Positions 13,401 to 29,149 of a DNA stretch of 48,484 nt are shown here, piece after piece. The notes beneath the pieces were generated by a model. That model worked only from the letters and a program-made list of their open reading frames with translations, was not told where the DNA came from and made no database searches. Source of the DNA: Botryllus schlosseri (Eukaryota); NCBI GenBank assembly GCA_051294905.1, contig CM119372.1, positions 40,550,001-40,598,484 of the forward strand, given 5' to 3'. The position numbers were made by a program, and so were the translations under genes. Positions within the stretch are counted from its first letter, which is position 1. The number at the start of each line of letters is the position of its first letter.

Positions 13401-16400
13401 TCTTCGGAAGCCAGCAATCGAACCAATCTTATCTAGAGTCCGTGAACAAACCATCATTGGCCAGCTGATAATACCGTCTGTTTAGGTCCGTTCCTGCGTA
13501 ATGTGAAATATCGAATCACGATGCAGGCCAAAACTCACATATTATTTCTCAAAATTATCTAGCAAGCTCGGCTACTAGGAAGCCTGCTTATCAAATACGA
13601 CTAATTGAAAAATCCGAGCGCACTCGGAGCATTTTGTAATGCGGACTCACCTTAACACAATCAATATGTAGGATGATTGTATTACGGGCGCTTAAGTAGT
13701 TCGTGAGTCGTATGTACATTCGCTGGACACGGCGCAATCTTCGGAAGCCAGCAATCGAACAAATCTTATCTACAGACCCTGAACAAATTATCATTGGCCA
13801 GCTGATAATACCGTCTGATTAGGTCCGTTCCTGCGTAATGTGAAATATCGAATCACGATGCAGGCCAAAACTCACATATTATTTCTCAAAATTATCTAGC
13901 ATGCTCGGCTCCTAGGAAGCCTGCTTATCAGGTACGACAAATTGAAAAATCCGAGCGCACCAGGAGCATTTTGTAATGCGGACTGACCTTAACACAATCA
14001 ATATGTAAGGTGTTGTATTACGGGCGCTTAAGTAGTTCGTGAGTCGTATGTCCTTTTACTGGACACGGCGCAATCTTCGGAAGCTAGCAATCGAACCAAT
14101 CTTATCTACAGACCCTGAACAAACCATCATTGGCCAGCTGATAATACCGTCTGTTTAGATCGGTTCTTGCGTAATGTGAAAAATCGAATCACGATGCAGG
14201 CCAAAACTCACATTTTATTTCTCAAAATTATCTAGCAAGCTCGGAAACTAGGAAGCCTGCTTATCAGATACGACTAATTGAAAAATCCGAGCGCACTCGA
14301 AGCATTTTGTAATGCGGACTCACCTTAACACAATCAATATGTAAGATGATTGTATTACGGGCGCTTAAGTAGTTTGTGAGTCGTATGTACATTCGCTGGA
14401 CACGGCGCAATCTTCGGAAGCCAGCAATCGAACCAATCTTATCTACAGACCCTGAACAAACTATCATTGGCCAGCTGATAATACCGTCTGTTTAGATCGG
14501 TTCTTGCGTAATGTGAAAAATCGAATCACGATGCAGGCCAAAACTCACATTTTATTTCTCAAAATTATCTAGCAAGCTCGGAAACTAGGAAGCCTGCTTA
14601 TCAGATACGACTAATTGAAAAATCCGAGCGCACTCGGAGCATTTTGTAATGCGGACTCACCTTAACACAATCAATATGTAAGGTGATTGTATTACGGGCG
14701 CTTGATTAGTACTTGAGTCGTATGTCCTTTTACTGGACACGGCGCAATCTTCGGAAGCCAGCAATCGAACTAATCTTATCTAGAGTCCGTGAACAAACCT
14801 TCATTGGCCCGCTGATAATACCGTCTGTTTAGGTCCGTTCCTGCGTAATGTGAAATATCGAATCACGATGCAGGCCAAAACTCACATATTATTTCTCAAA
14901 ATTATCTAGCATGCTCGGCTCCTAGGAAGCCTGCTTATCAGGTACGACAAATTGAAAAATCCGAGCGCACCAGGAGCATTTTGTATTGCGGACTCACCTT
15001 AACACAATCAATATGTAAGGTGATTGTATTACGGGCACTTGAGTAGTTCGTGAGTCGTATGTCCTTTTACTGGACACGGCGCAATCTTCGAAAGCCAGCA
15101 ATCGAACCAATCTTATCTACAGACCCTGAACAAACTATCATTGGCCAGCTGATAATACCGTCTGTTTCGGTCCGTTCCTGCGTAATGTGAAATATCGAAT
15201 CACGATGCAGGCCAAAACTCACATTTTATTTCTCAAAATTATCTAGCAAGCTCGGCTACTAGGAAGCCTGTTTATCAGATACGACTAATTGAAAAATCCG
15301 AGCGCACTCGGAGCATTTTGTAATGCGGACTCACCTTAACACAATCAATATGTAAGATGATTGTATTACGGGCGCTTAAGTAGTTTGTGAGTCGTATGTA
15401 CATTTGCTGGACACGGCGCAATCTTCGGAAGCCAGCAATCGAACCAATCTTATCTACAGACCCTGAACAAACTATCATTGGCCAGCTGATAATACCGTCT
15501 GTTTCGGTCCGTTCCTGCGTAATGTGAAATATCGAATCACGATGCAGGCCAAAACTCACATATAATTTCTCAAAATTATCTAGCATGCTCGGCTCCTAGG
15601 AAGCCTGCTTATCAGGTACGACAAATTGAAAAATCCGAGCGCACTCGGAGCATTTTGTAATGCGGACTCACCTTAACACAATCAATATGTAAGATGATTG
15701 TATTACGGGCGCTTGATTAGTTCGTGAGTCGTATGTACATTCGCTGGACACGGCGCAATCTTCGAAAGCCAGAAATCGATCCAATCTAATCTACAGAACC
15801 CGAACAAACCATCATTGGCCAGCTGATAATACCGTCTGTTTAGATCGGTTCTTGCGTAATGTGAAAAATCGAATCACGATGCAGGCCAAAACTCACATAT
15901 TATTTCTCAAAATTATCTAGCAAGCTCGGCTCCTAGGAAGCCTGCTTATCAGGTACGACAAATTGAAAAATCCGAATGCACCAGGAGCATTTTGTAATGC
16001 GGACTCGCCTTAAGACAATCAATATGTAAGGTGATTGTATTACGGGCGCTTAAGTAGTTCGTGAGTCGTATGTACATTCGCTGGACACGGCGCAATCTTC
16101 GGAAGCCAGCAATCGAACCAATCTTATTTACAGACCCTGAACAAACTATCATTGGCCAGCTGATAATACCGTCTGTTTAGTTCCGTTCCTGCGTAATGTG
16201 AAATATCGAATCACGATGCAGGCCAAAGCTCACAGATTATTTCTCAAAATTATCTAGCAAGCTCGGCTACTAGGAAGCCTGCTTATCAGATACGACTGAT
16301 TGAAAAATCCGAGCGCACTCGGAGCATTTTGTAATGCGGACTCACCTTAACACAATCAATATGTAAGATGATTGTATTACGGGCGCTTAAGTAGTTTGTG

Positions 16401-17990
16401 AGTCGTATGTACATTCGCTGGACACGGCGCAATCTTCGAAAGCCAGCAATCGAACCAATCTTATCTACAGACCCTGAACAAACTATCATTGGCCAGCTGA
16501 TAATACCGTCTGTTTCGGTCCGTTCCTGCGTAATGTGAAATATCGAATCACGATGCAGGCCAAAACTCACATTTTATTTCTCAAAATTATCTAGCAAGCT
16601 CGGCTACTAGGAAGCCTGTTTATCAAATACGACTAATTGAAAAATCCGAGCGCACTCGGAGCATTTTGTAATGCGGACACACCTTAACACAATCAATATG
16701 TAAGATGATTGTATTACGGGCGCTTAAGTAGTTTGTGAGTCGTATGTACATTTGCTGGACACGGCGCAATCTTCGGAAGCCAGCAATCGAACCAATCTTA
16801 TCTACAGACCCTGAACAAACCATCATTGGCCAGCTGATAATACCGTCTGTTTAGATCGGTTCTTGCGTAATGTGAAAAATCGAATCACGATGCAGGCCAA
16901 AACTCACATATTATTTCTCAAAATTATCTAGCAAGCTCGGCTCCTAGGAAGCCTGCTTATCAGGTACGACAAATTGAAAAATCAGAATGCACCAGGAGCA
17001 TTTTGTAATGCGGACTCGCCTTAAGACAATCAATATGTAAGGTGATTGTATTACGGGCGCTTAAGTAGTTCGTGAGTCGTATGTACATTCGCTGGACACG
17101 GCGCAATCTTCGGAAGCCAGCAATCGAACCAATCTTATCTACAGACCCTGAACAAACTATCATTGGCCAGCTGATAATACCGTCTGTTTAGTTCCGTTCC
17201 TGCGTAATGTGAAATATCGAATCACGATGCAGGCCAAAACTCACAGATTATTTCTCAAAATTATCTAGCAAGCTCGGCTACTAGGAAGCCTGCTTATCAG
17301 ATACGACTGATTGAAAAATCCGAGCGCACTCGGAGCATTTTGTAATGCGGACTCACCTTAACACAATCAATATGTAAGGTGATTGTATTACAGGCGCTTG
17401 ATTAGTACTTGAGTCGTATGTCCTTTTACTGGACACGGCGCAATCTTCGGAAGCCAGCAATCGAACCAATCTTATCTAGAGTCCGTGAACAAACCTTCAT
17501 TGGCCCGCGGATAATACTGTCTGTTTAGGTCCGTTCCTGCGTAATGTGAAATATCGAATCACGATGCAGGCCATAACTCACATATTATTTCTCAAAATTA
17601 TCTAGCAAGCTCGGCTACTAGGAAGCCTGCTTATCAAATACGACTAATTGAAAAATCCGAGCGCACTCGGAGCATTTTGTAATGCGGACTCACCTTAACA
17701 CAATCAATATGTAAGATGATTGCATTACGGGCGCTAAAGTAGTTCGTGAGTCGTATGTACATTCGCTGGACACGGCGCAATCTTCGAAAGCCAGCAATCG
17801 AACCAATCTTATCTACAGACCCTGAACAAACTATCATTGGCCAGCTGATAATACCGTCTGTTTCGGTCCGTTCCTGCGTAATGTGAAATATCGAATCACG
17901 ATGCAGGCCAAAACTCACATTTTATTTCTCAAAATTATCTAGCAAGCTCGGCTACTAGGAAGCCTGTTTATCAGATACGACTAATTGAAA
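7457..17990 (-). repeat. 16-monomer higher-order repeat (~5389-5390 bp), about two near-identical copies
   Basis: Diagnostic monomer variants recur at a constant offset: 7529/12918, 8202/13591, 9885/15275, 10559/15949, 12244/17634. Confidence 0.93.
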
Positions 17991-20900
17991 AATCCGAGCG
18001 CACTCGGAGCATTTTGTAATGCGGACTCACCTTAACACAATCAATATGTAAGATGATTGTATTACGGGCGCTTAAGTAGTTCGTGAGTCGTATGTACATT
18101 CGCTGGACACGGCGCAATCGTCGGAAGCCAGCAATCGAACCAATCTTATCTACAGACCCTGAACAAACTATCATTGGCCAGCTGATAATACCGTCTGTTT
18201 AGTTCCGTTCCTGCGTAATGTGAAATATCGAATCACGATGCAGGCCAAAACTCACATATTATTTCTCAAAATTATCTAGCAAGCTCGGCTACTAGGAAGC
18301 CTGCTTTTCAGATACGACTAATTGAAAAATCCGAGCGCACTCGGAGCATTTTGTAATGCGGACTCACCTTAAGACAATCAATATGTAAGGTGATTGTATT
18401 ACGGGCGCTTGATTAGTTCTTGAGTCGTATGTCCTTTTACTGGACACGACGCAATCTTCGGAAGCCAGCAATCGAACCAATCTTATCTACAGACCGTGAA
18501 CAAACCATCATTGGCCAGCTGATAATACCGTCTGTTTAGATCGGTTCCTGCGTAATGTGAAATATCGAATCACGATGCAGGCCAAAACTCACATATTATT
18601 TCTCAAAATTATCTAGCAAGCTCGGCTCCAGGAAGCCTGCTTATCAGGTACGACAAATTGAAAAATCCGAGGGCACCAGGAGCATTTTGTAATGCGGACT
18701 CGCCTTAAGACAATCAATATGTAAGGTGATTGTATTACGGGCGCTTAAGTAGTTCATGAGTCGTATGTACATTCGCTGGACACGGCGCAATCTTCGAAAG
18801 CCAGCAATCGAACCAAACTTATCTACAGAACCTGAACAAACCATCATTGGCCAGCTGAAAACACCGTATTTTAAGTCGGTTCTTGCGTAATGTTAAAAAT
18901 CGAATCACGTTGCAGGCCAAAACTCACATATTATTTCTCAAAATTATCTAGCAAGCTCGGCTACTAGGAAGCCTGCTTATCAGATACGAATAATTGAAAA
19001 ATCCGAGCGCACTCGGAGCATTTTGTAATGCTGACTCACCTTAACACAATCAATATGTAAGGTGATTGTATTACGGGCGCTTGATTAGTACTTGAGTCGT
19101 ATGTCCTTTTACTGGACACGGCGCAATCTTCGGAAGCCAGCAATCGAACCAATCTTATCTAGAGTCCGTGAACAAACCATCATTGGCCAGCTGATAATAC
19201 CGTCTGTTTAGGTCCGTTCCTGCGTAATGTGAAATATCGAATCACGATGCAGGCCAAAACTCACATATTATTTCTCAAAATTATCTAGCAAGCTCGGCTA
19301 CTAGGAAGCCTGCTTATCAATTACGACTAATTGAAAAATCCGAGCGCACTCGGAGCATTTTGTAATGCGGACTCACCTTAACACAATCAATATGTAGGAT
19401 GATTGTATTACGGGCGCTTAAGTAGTTCGTGAGTCGTATGTACATTCGCTGGACACGGCGCAATCTTCGGAAGCCAGCAATCGAACAAATCTTATCTACA
19501 GACCCGGAACAAACTATCATTGGCCAGCTGATAATACCGTCTGTTTAGGTCCGTTCCTGCGTAATGTGAAATATCGAATCACGATGCAGGCCAAAACTCA
19601 CATATTATTTCTCAAAATTATCTAGCATGCTCGGCTCCTAGGAAGCCTGCTTATCAGGTACGACAAATTGAAAAATCCGAGCGCACCAGGAGCATTTTGT
19701 AATGTGGACTCACCTTAACACAATCAATATGTAAGGTGTTGTATTACGGGCGCTTAAGTAGTTCGTGAGTCGTATGTCCTTTTACTGGACACGGCGCAAT
19801 CTTCGTAAGCTAGCAATCGAACCAATCTTATCTACAGACCCTGAACAAACCATCATTGGCCAGCTGATAATACCGTCTGTTTAGATCGGTTCTTGCGTAA
19901 TGTGAAAAATCGAATCACGATGCAGGCCAAAACTCACATTTTATTTCTCAAAATTATCTAGCAAGCTCGGCTACTAGGAAGCCTGCTTATCAGATACGAC
20001 TAATTGAAAAATCCGAGCGCACTCGGAGCATTTTGTAATGCGGACTCACCTTAACACAATCAATATGTAAGATGATTGTATTACGGGCGCTTAAATAGTT
20101 TGTGAGTCGTATGTACATTTGCTGGACACGGCGCAATCTTCGGAAGCCAGCAATCGAACCAATCTTATCTACAGACCCTGAACAAACTATCATTGGCCAG
20201 CAGATAATACCGTCTGTTTCGGTCCGTTCCTGCGTAATGTGAAATATCGAATCACGATGCAGGCCAAAACTCACATATAATTTCTCAAAATTATCTAGCA
20301 TGCTCGGCTCCTAGGAAGCCTGCTTATCAGGTACGACAAATTGAAAAATCCGAGCGCACTCGGAGCATTTTGTAATGCGGACTCACCTTAACACAATCAA
20401 TATGTAAGATGATTGTATTACGGGCGCTTGATTAGTTCGTGAGTCGTATGAACATTCGCTGGACACGGCGCAATCTTCGAAAGCCAGAAATCGATCCAAT
20501 CTAATCTACAGAACCTGAACAAACCATCATTGGCCAGCTGATAATACCGTTTGTTTAGATCGGTTCTTGCGTAATGTGAAAAATCGAATCACGATGCAGG
20601 CCAAAACTCACATATTATTTCTCAAAATTATCTAGCAAGCTCGGCCACTAGGAAGCCTGCTTATCAGATACGAATAATTGAAAAATCCGAGCGCACTCGG
20701 AGCATTTTGTAATGCGGACTCACCTTAACACAATCAATATGTAAGATGATTGTATTACGGGCGCTTAAGTAGTTCGTGAGTCGTATGTACATTCGCTGGA
20801 CACGGCGCAATCTTCGGAAGCCAGCAATCGAACCAATCTTATCTACAGACCCTGAACAAACTATCATTGGCCAGCTGATAATACCGTCTGTTTAGTTCCG

Positions 20901-23900
20901 TTCCTGCGTAATGTGAAATATCGAATCACGATGCAGGCCAAAACTCACAGATTATTTCTCAAAATTATCCAGCAAGCTCGGCTACTAGAAAGCCTGCTTA
21001 TCAGATACGACTAATTGAAAAATCCGAGCGCACTCGGAGCATTTTGTAATGCGGACTCACCTTAAGACAATCAATATGTAAGATGATTGTATTACGGGCG
21101 CTTGATTAGTTCTTGAGTCGTATGTCCTTTTACTGGACACGGCGCAATCTTCGGAAGCCAGCAATCGAACCAATCTTATCTACAGACCGTGAACAAACCA
21201 TCATTGGCCAGCTGATAATACCGTCTGTTTAGATCGGTTCTTGCGTAATGTGAAATATCGAATCACGATGCAGGCCAAAACTCACATATTATTTCTCAAA
21301 ATTATCTAGCAAGCTCGGCTCCTAGGAAGCCTGCTTATCAGGTACGACAAATTGAAAAATCCGAGGGCACCAGGAGCATTTTGTAATGCGGACTCGCCTT
21401 AAGACAATCAATATGTAAGGTGATTGTATTACGGGCGCTTAAATAGTTCGTGAGTCGTATGTACATTCGCTGGACACGGCGCAATCTTCGAAAGCCAGCA
21501 ATCGAACCAATCTTATCTACAGAACCTGAACAAACCATCATTGGCCAGCTGATAATACCGTCTGTTTAGGTCCGTTCCTGCGTAATGTGAAATATCGAAT
21601 CACGATGCAGGCCAAAACTCACATATAATTTCTCAAAATTATCTAGCAAGCTCGGCTACTAGGAAGCCTGCTTATCAAATACGACTAATTGAAAAATCCG
21701 AGCGCACTCGGAGCATTTTGTAATGCGGACTCACCTTAACACAATCAATATGTAGGATGATTGTATTACGGGCGCTTAAGTAGTTCGTGAGTCGTATGTA
21801 CATTCGCTGGACACGGCGCAATCTTCGGAAGCCAGCAATCGAACAAATCTTATCTACAGAGCCTGAACAAACTATCATTGGCCAGCTGATAATACCGTCT
21901 GTTTAGGTCCGTTCCTGCGTAATGTGAAATATCGAATCACGATGCAGGCCAAAACTCACATATTATTTCTCAAAATTATCTAGCATGCTCGGCTCCTAGG
22001 AACCCTGCTTATCAGGTACGACAAATTGAAAAATCCAAGCGCACCAGGAGCATTTTGTAATGAGCACTCACCTTAACACAATCAATATGTAAGGTGTTGT
22101 ATTACGGGCGCTTAAGTAGTTCGTGAGTCGTATGTCCTTTTACTGGACACGGCGCAATCTTCGGAAGCCAGCAATCGAACCAATCTTATCTAGAGTCCGT
22201 GAACAAACCTTCATTGGCCAGCTGATAATACCGTCTGTTTAGGTCCGTTCCTGCGTAATGTGAAATATCGAATCACGATGCAGGCCATAACTCACATATT
22301 ATTTCTCAAAATTATCTAGCAAGCTCGGCTACTAGGAAGCCTGCTTATCAAATACGACTAATTGAATAATCCGAGCGCACTCGGAGCATTTTTTAATGCG
22401 GACTCACCTTAACACAATTAATATGTAAGATGATTGCATTACGGGCGCTTAAGTAGTTCGTGAGTCGTATGTACATTCGCTGGACACGGCGCAATCTTCG
22501 GAAGCCAGCAATCGAACCAATCTTATCTACAGACCCTGAACAAACTATCATTGGCCAGCTGATAATACCGTCTGTTTAGGTCCGTTCCTGCGTAATGTGA
22601 AATATCGAATCACGATGCAGGCCAAAACTCACATATTATTTCTCAAAATTATCTAGCATGCTCGGCTCCTAGGAAGCCTGCTTATCAGGTACGACAAATT
22701 GAGAAATCCGAGCGCACCAGGAGCATTTTGTATTGCGGACTCACCTTAACACAATCAATATGTAAGGTGATTGTATTACGGGCACTTGAGTAGTTCGTGA
22801 GTCGTATGTCCTTTTACTGGACACGGCGCAATCTTAGGAAGCCAGCAATCGAACCAATCTTATCTACAGACCCTGAACAAACCATCATTGGCCAGCTGAT
22901 AACACCGTCTGTTTAGATCGGTTCTTGCGTAATGTGAAAAATCGAATCACGATGCAGGCCAAAACTCACATTTTATTTCTCAAAATTATCTAGCAAGCTC
23001 GGCTACTAGGAAGCCTGTTTATCAGATACGACTAATTGAAAAATCCGAGCGCACTCGGAGCATTTTGTAATGCGGACTCACCTTAACACAATCAATATGT
23101 AAGATGATGGTATCACGGGCGCTTAAGTAGTTTGTGAGTCGTATGTACATTTGCTGGACACGGCGCAATCTTCGGAAGCCAGCAATCGAACCAATCTTAT
23201 CTACAGACCCTGAACAAACTATCATTGGCCAGCTGATAATACCGTCTGTTTTTGTCCGTTCCTGCGTAATGTGAAATATCGAATCACGATGCAGGCCAAA
23301 ACTCACAGATTATTTCTCAAAATTATCTAGCAAGCTCGGCTACTAGGAAGCCTGCTTATCAGATACGACTAATTGAAAAATCCGAGCGCACTCGGAGCAT
23401 TTTGTAATGCGGACTCACCTTAAGACAATCAATATTTAAGATGATTGTATTACGGGCGCTTGATTAGTTCTTGAGTCGTATGTCCTTTTACTGGACACGG
23501 CGCAATCTTCGGAAGCCAGCAATCGAACCAATCTTATCTACAGACCGTGAACAAACCATCATTGGCCAGCTGATAATACCGTCTGTTTAGATCGGTTCTT
23601 GCGTAATGTGAAATATCGAATCACGATGCAGGCCAAAACTCACATATTATTTCTCAAAATTATCTAGCAAGCTCGGCTCCTAGGAAGCCTGCTTATCAGG
23701 TACGACAAATTGAAAAATCCGAGGGCACCAGGAGCATTTTGTAATGCGGACTCGTCTTAAGACAATCAATATGTAAGGTGATTGTATTACGGGCGCTTAA
23801 GTAGTTCGTGAGTCGTATGTACATTCGCTGGACACGGCGCAATCTTCGAAAGCCAGCAATCGAACCAATCTTATCTACAGAACCTGAACAAACCATCATT

Positions 23901-26900
23901 GGCCAGCTGAAAACACCGTATTTTAGGTCGGTTCTTGCGTAATGTTAAAAATCGAATCACGTTGCAGGCCAAAACTCACATATTATTTCTCAAAATTATC
24001 TAGCAAGCTCGGCTACTAGGAAGCCTGCATATCAGATACGACTAATTGAAAAATCCGAGCGCACTCGGAGCATTTTGTAATGCGGACTCACCTTAACACA
24101 ATCAATATGTAAGGTGATTGTATTACGGGCGCTTGATTAGTACTTGAGTCGTATGTCCTTTTACTGGACACGGCGCAATCTTCGGAAGCCAGCAATCGAA
24201 CCAATCTTATCTAGAGTCCGTGAACAAACCTTCATTGGCCAGCTGATAATACCGTCTGTTTAGGTCCGTTCCTGCGTAATGTGAAATATCGAATCACGAT
24301 GCAGGCCATAACTCACATATTATTTCTCAAAATTATCTAGCAAGCTCGGCTACTAGGAAGCCTGCTTATCAAATACGACTAATTGAAAAATCCGAGCGCA
24401 CTCGGAGCATTTTTTAATGCGGACTCACCTTAACACAATCAATATGTAAGATGATTGCATTACGGGCGCTTAAGTAGTTCGTGAGTCGTATGTACATTCG
24501 CTGGACACGGCGCAATCTTCGGAAGCCAGCAATCGAACCAATCTTATCTACAGACCTTGAACAAACTATCATTGGCCAGCTGATAATACCGTCTGTTTAG
24601 GTCCGTTCCTGCGTAATGTGAAATATCGAATCACGATGCAGGCCAAAACTCACATATTATTTCTCAAAATTATCTAGCATGCTCGGCTCCTAGGAAGCCT
24701 GCTTATCAGGTACGACAAATTGAGAAATCCGAGCGCACCAGGAGCATTTTGTATTGCGGACTCACCTTAACACAATCAATATGTAAGGTGATTGTATTAC
24801 GGGCACTTGAGTAGTTGGTGAGTCGTATGTCCTTTTACTGGATACGGCGCAATCTTAGGAAGCCAGCAATCGAACCAATCTTATCTACAGACCCTGAACA
24901 AACCATCATTGGCCATCTGATAACACCGTCTGTTTAGATCGGTTCTTGCGTAATGTGAAAAATCGAATCACGATGCAGGCCAAAACTCACATTTTATTTC
25001 TCAAAATTATCAATATGTAAGGTGATTGTATTACGGGCGCTTAAGTAGTTCGTGAGTCGTATGTACACTCGCTGGACACGGCGCAATCTTCTAAAGCCAG
25101 CAATCGATCCAATCTTATCTACAGACCCTGAACAAACTATCATTGGCCAGCTGATAATACCGTCTGTTTAGGTCCGTTCTTGCGTAATGTGAAAAATCTA
25201 ATCACGATGCAGGCCAAAACTCACATATTATTTCTCAATATTATCTAGCAAGCTCGGCTACTAGGAAGCCTGCTTCTCAGATACGACTAATTGAAAAATC
25301 CGAGCGCACTCGGAGCACATTGTAATGCGGACTCACCTTAACACAATCAATATGTAAGGTGATTGTATTACGGGCGCTTGATTAGTACTTGAGTCGTATG
25401 TCCTTTTACTGGACACGGCGCAATCTTCGGAAGCCAGCAATCGAACCAATCTTATCTAGAGTCCGTGAACAAACCTTCATTGGCCCGCTGATAATACCGT
25501 CTGTTTAGGTCCGTTCCTGCGTAATGTGAAATATCGAATCACGATGCAGGCCAAAACTCACATATTATTTCTCAAAATTATCTAGCATGCTCGGCTCCTA
25601 GGAAGCCTGCTTATCAGGTACGACAAATTGAAAAATCCGAGCGCACCAGGAGCATTTTGTATTGCGGACTCACCTTAACACAATCAATATGTAAGGTGAT
25701 TGTATTACGGGCACTTGAGTAGTTCGTGAGTCGTATGTCCTTTTACTGGACACGGCGCAATCTTCGAAAGCCAGCAATCGAACCAATCTTATCTACAGAC
25801 CCTGAACAAACTATCATTGGCCAGCTGATAATACCGTCTGTTTCGGTCCGTTCCTGCGTAATGTGAAATATCGAATCACGATGCAGGCCAAAACTCACAT
25901 TTTATTTCTCAAAATTATCTAGCAAGCTCGGCTACTAGGAAGCCTGTTTATCAGATACGACTAATTGAAAAATCCGAGCGCACTCGGAGCATTTTGTAAT
26001 GCGGCTTAACACAATCAATATGTAAGATGATTGTATTACGGGCGCTTAAGTAGTTTGTGAGTCGTATGTACATTTGCTGGACACGGCGCAATCTTCGGAA
26101 GCCAGCAATCGAACCAATCTTATCTACAGACCCTGAACAAACTATCATTGGCCAGCTGATAATACCGTCTGTTTAGATCGGTTCTTGCGTAATGTGAAAA
26201 ATCGAATCACGATGCAGGCCAAAACTCACATATTATTTCTCAAAATTATCTAGCAAGCTCGGCTCCTAGGAAGCCTGCTTATCAGGTACGACAAATTGAA
26301 AAATCCGAGCGCACTCGGAGCATTTTGTAATGCGGACTCACCTTAAGACAATCAATATGTAAGGTGATTGTATTACGGGCGCTTAAGTAGTTCGTGAGTC
26401 GTATGTACATTCGCTGGACACGGCGCAATCTTCGGTAGCCAGCAATCGAACCAATCTTATCTACAGACCCTGAACAAACCATCATTGGCCAGCTGATAAT
26501 ACCGTCTGTTTCGGTCCGTTCCTGCGTAATGTGAAATATCGAATCACGATGCAAGCCAAAACTCACATATTATTTCTCAAAATTATCTAGCATGCTCGGC
26601 TCCTAGGAAGCCTGCTTATCAGGTACGACAAATTGAAAAATCCGAGCGCACCAGGAGCATTTTGTATTGCGGACTCACCTTAACACAATCAATATGTAAG
26701 GTGATTGTATTACGGGCACTTGAGTAGTTCGTGAGTCGTATGTCCTTTTACTGGACACGGCGCAATCTTCGAAAGCCAGCAATCGAACCAATCTTATCTA
26801 CAGACCCTGAACAAACTATCATTGGCCAGCTGATAATACCGTCTGTTTAGATCGGTTCTTGCGTAATGTGAAAAATCGAATCACGATGCAGGCCAAAACT

Positions 26901-29149
26901 CACATATTATTTCTCAAAATTATCTAGCAAGCTCGGCTCCTAGGAAGCCTGCTTATCAGGTACGACAAATTGAAAAATCCGAATGCACCAGGAGCATTTT
27001 GTAATGCGGACTCGCCTTAAGACAATCAATATGTAAGGTGATTGTATTACGGGCGCTTAAGTAGTTCGTGAGTCGTATGTACATTCGCTGGACACGGCGC
27101 AATCTTCGGTAGCCAGCAATCGAACCAATCTTATCTACAGACCCTGAACAAACTATCATTGGCCAGCTGATAATACCGTCTGTTTAGTTCCGTTCCTGCG
27201 TAATGTGAAATATCGAATCACGATGCAGGCCAAAGCTCACATATTATTTCTCAATATTATCTAGCAAGCTCGGCTACTAGGAAGCCTGCTTCTCAGATAC
27301 GACTAATTGAAAAATCCGAGCGCACTCGGAGCATTTTGTAATGCGGACTCACCTTAACACAATCAATATGTAAGGTGATTGTATTACGGGCGCTTGATTA
27401 GTACTTGAGTCGTATGTCCTTTTACTGGACACGGCGCAATCTTCGGAAGCCAGCAATCGAACCAATCTTATCTAGAGTCCGTGAACAAACCTTCATTGGC
27501 CCGCTGATAATACCGTCTGTTTAGGTCCGTTCCTGCGTAATGTGAAATATCGAATCACGATGCAGGCCAAAACTCACATATTATTTCTCAAAATTATCTA
27601 GCATGCTCGGCTCCTAGGAAGCCTGCTTATCAGGTACGACAAATTGAAAAATCCGAGCGCACCAGGAGCATTTTGTATTGCGGACTCACCTTAACACAAT
27701 CAATATGTAAGGTGATTGTATTACGGGCACTTGAGTAGTTCGTGAGTCGTATGTCCTTTTACTGGACACGGCGCAATCTTCGAAAGCCAGCAATCGAACC
27801 AATCTTATCTACAGACCCTGAACAAACTATCATTGGCCAGCTGATAATACCGTCTGTTTCGGTCCGTTCCTGCGTAATGTGAAATATCGAATCACGATGC
27901 AGGCCAAAACTCACATTTTATTTCTCAAAATTATCTATCAAGCTCGGCTACTAGGAAGCTTGTTTATCAGATACGACTAATTGAAAAATCCGAGCGCACT
28001 CGGAGCATTTTGTAATGCGGACTCACCTTAACACAATCAATATGTAAGATGATTGTATTACGGGCGCTTAAGTAGTTTGTGAGTCGTATGTACATTTGCT
28101 GGACACGGCGCAATCTTCGGAAGCCAGCAATCGAACCAATCTTATCTACAGACCCTGAACAAACTATCATTGGCCAGCTGATAATACCGTCTTTTTCGGT
28201 CCGTTCCTGCGTAATGTGAAATATCGAATCACGATGCAGGCCAAAACTCACATATAATTTCTCAAAATTATCTAGCATGCTCGGCTCCTAGGAAGCCTGC
28301 TTATCAGGTACGACAAATTGAAAAATCCGAGCGCACTCGGAGCATTTTGTAATGCGGACTCACCTTAACACAATCAATATGTAAGATGATTGTATTACGG
28401 GCGCTTGATTAGTTCGTGAGTCGTATGTACATTCGCTGGACACGGCGCAATCTTCGAAAGCCAGAAATCGATCCAATCTAATCTACAGAACCTGAACAAA
28501 CCATCATTGGCCAGCTGATAATACCGTCTGTTTAGATCGGTTCTTGCGTAATGTGAAAAATCGAATCACGATGCAGGCCAAAACTCACATATTATTTCTC
28601 AAAATTATCTAGCAAGCTCGGCTCCTAGGAAGCCTGCTTATCAGGTACGACAAATTGAAAAATCCGAATGCACCAGGAGCATTTTGTAATGCGGACTCGC
28701 CTTAAGACAATCAATATGTAAGGTGATTGTATTACGGGCGCTTAAGTAGTTCGTGAGTCGTATGTACATTCGCTGGACACGGCGCAATCTTCGGAAGCCA
28801 GCAATCGAACCAATCTTATCTACAGACCCTGAACAAACTATCATTGGCCAGCTGATAATACCGTCTGTTTAGTTCCGTTCCTGCGTAATGTGAAATATCG
28901 AATCACGATGCAGGCCAAAGCTCACAGATTATTTCTCAAAATTATCTAGCAAGCTCGGCTACTAGGAAGCCTGCTTATCAGATACGACTGATTGAAAAAT
29001 CCGAGCGCACTCGGAGCATTTTGTAATGCGGACTCACCTTAACACAATCAATATGTAAGATGATTGTATTACGGGCGCTTAAGTAGTTTGTGAGTCGTAT
29101 GTACATTCGCTGGACACGGCGCAATCTTCGAAAGCCAGCAATCGAACCA
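7457..29149 (-). repeat. 337-bp satellite DNA array, reverse-orientation block (~64 monomers), possibly centromeric/pericentromeric
   Basis: Reverse complement of the same monomer (CGATGCAGGCCAAAACTCAC...) with a 337-bp period up to the telomere junction at 29149. A centromeric role is inference only. Confidence 0.97.

Noticed and set aside
409..28844. Dozens of near-identical 65-103-aa ORFs (MIVCSGSVDKIGSIAG...)
   Set aside because: They are by-products of the 337-bp satellite. Many monomers carry stops or frameshifts at these positions and no domain is recognisable.
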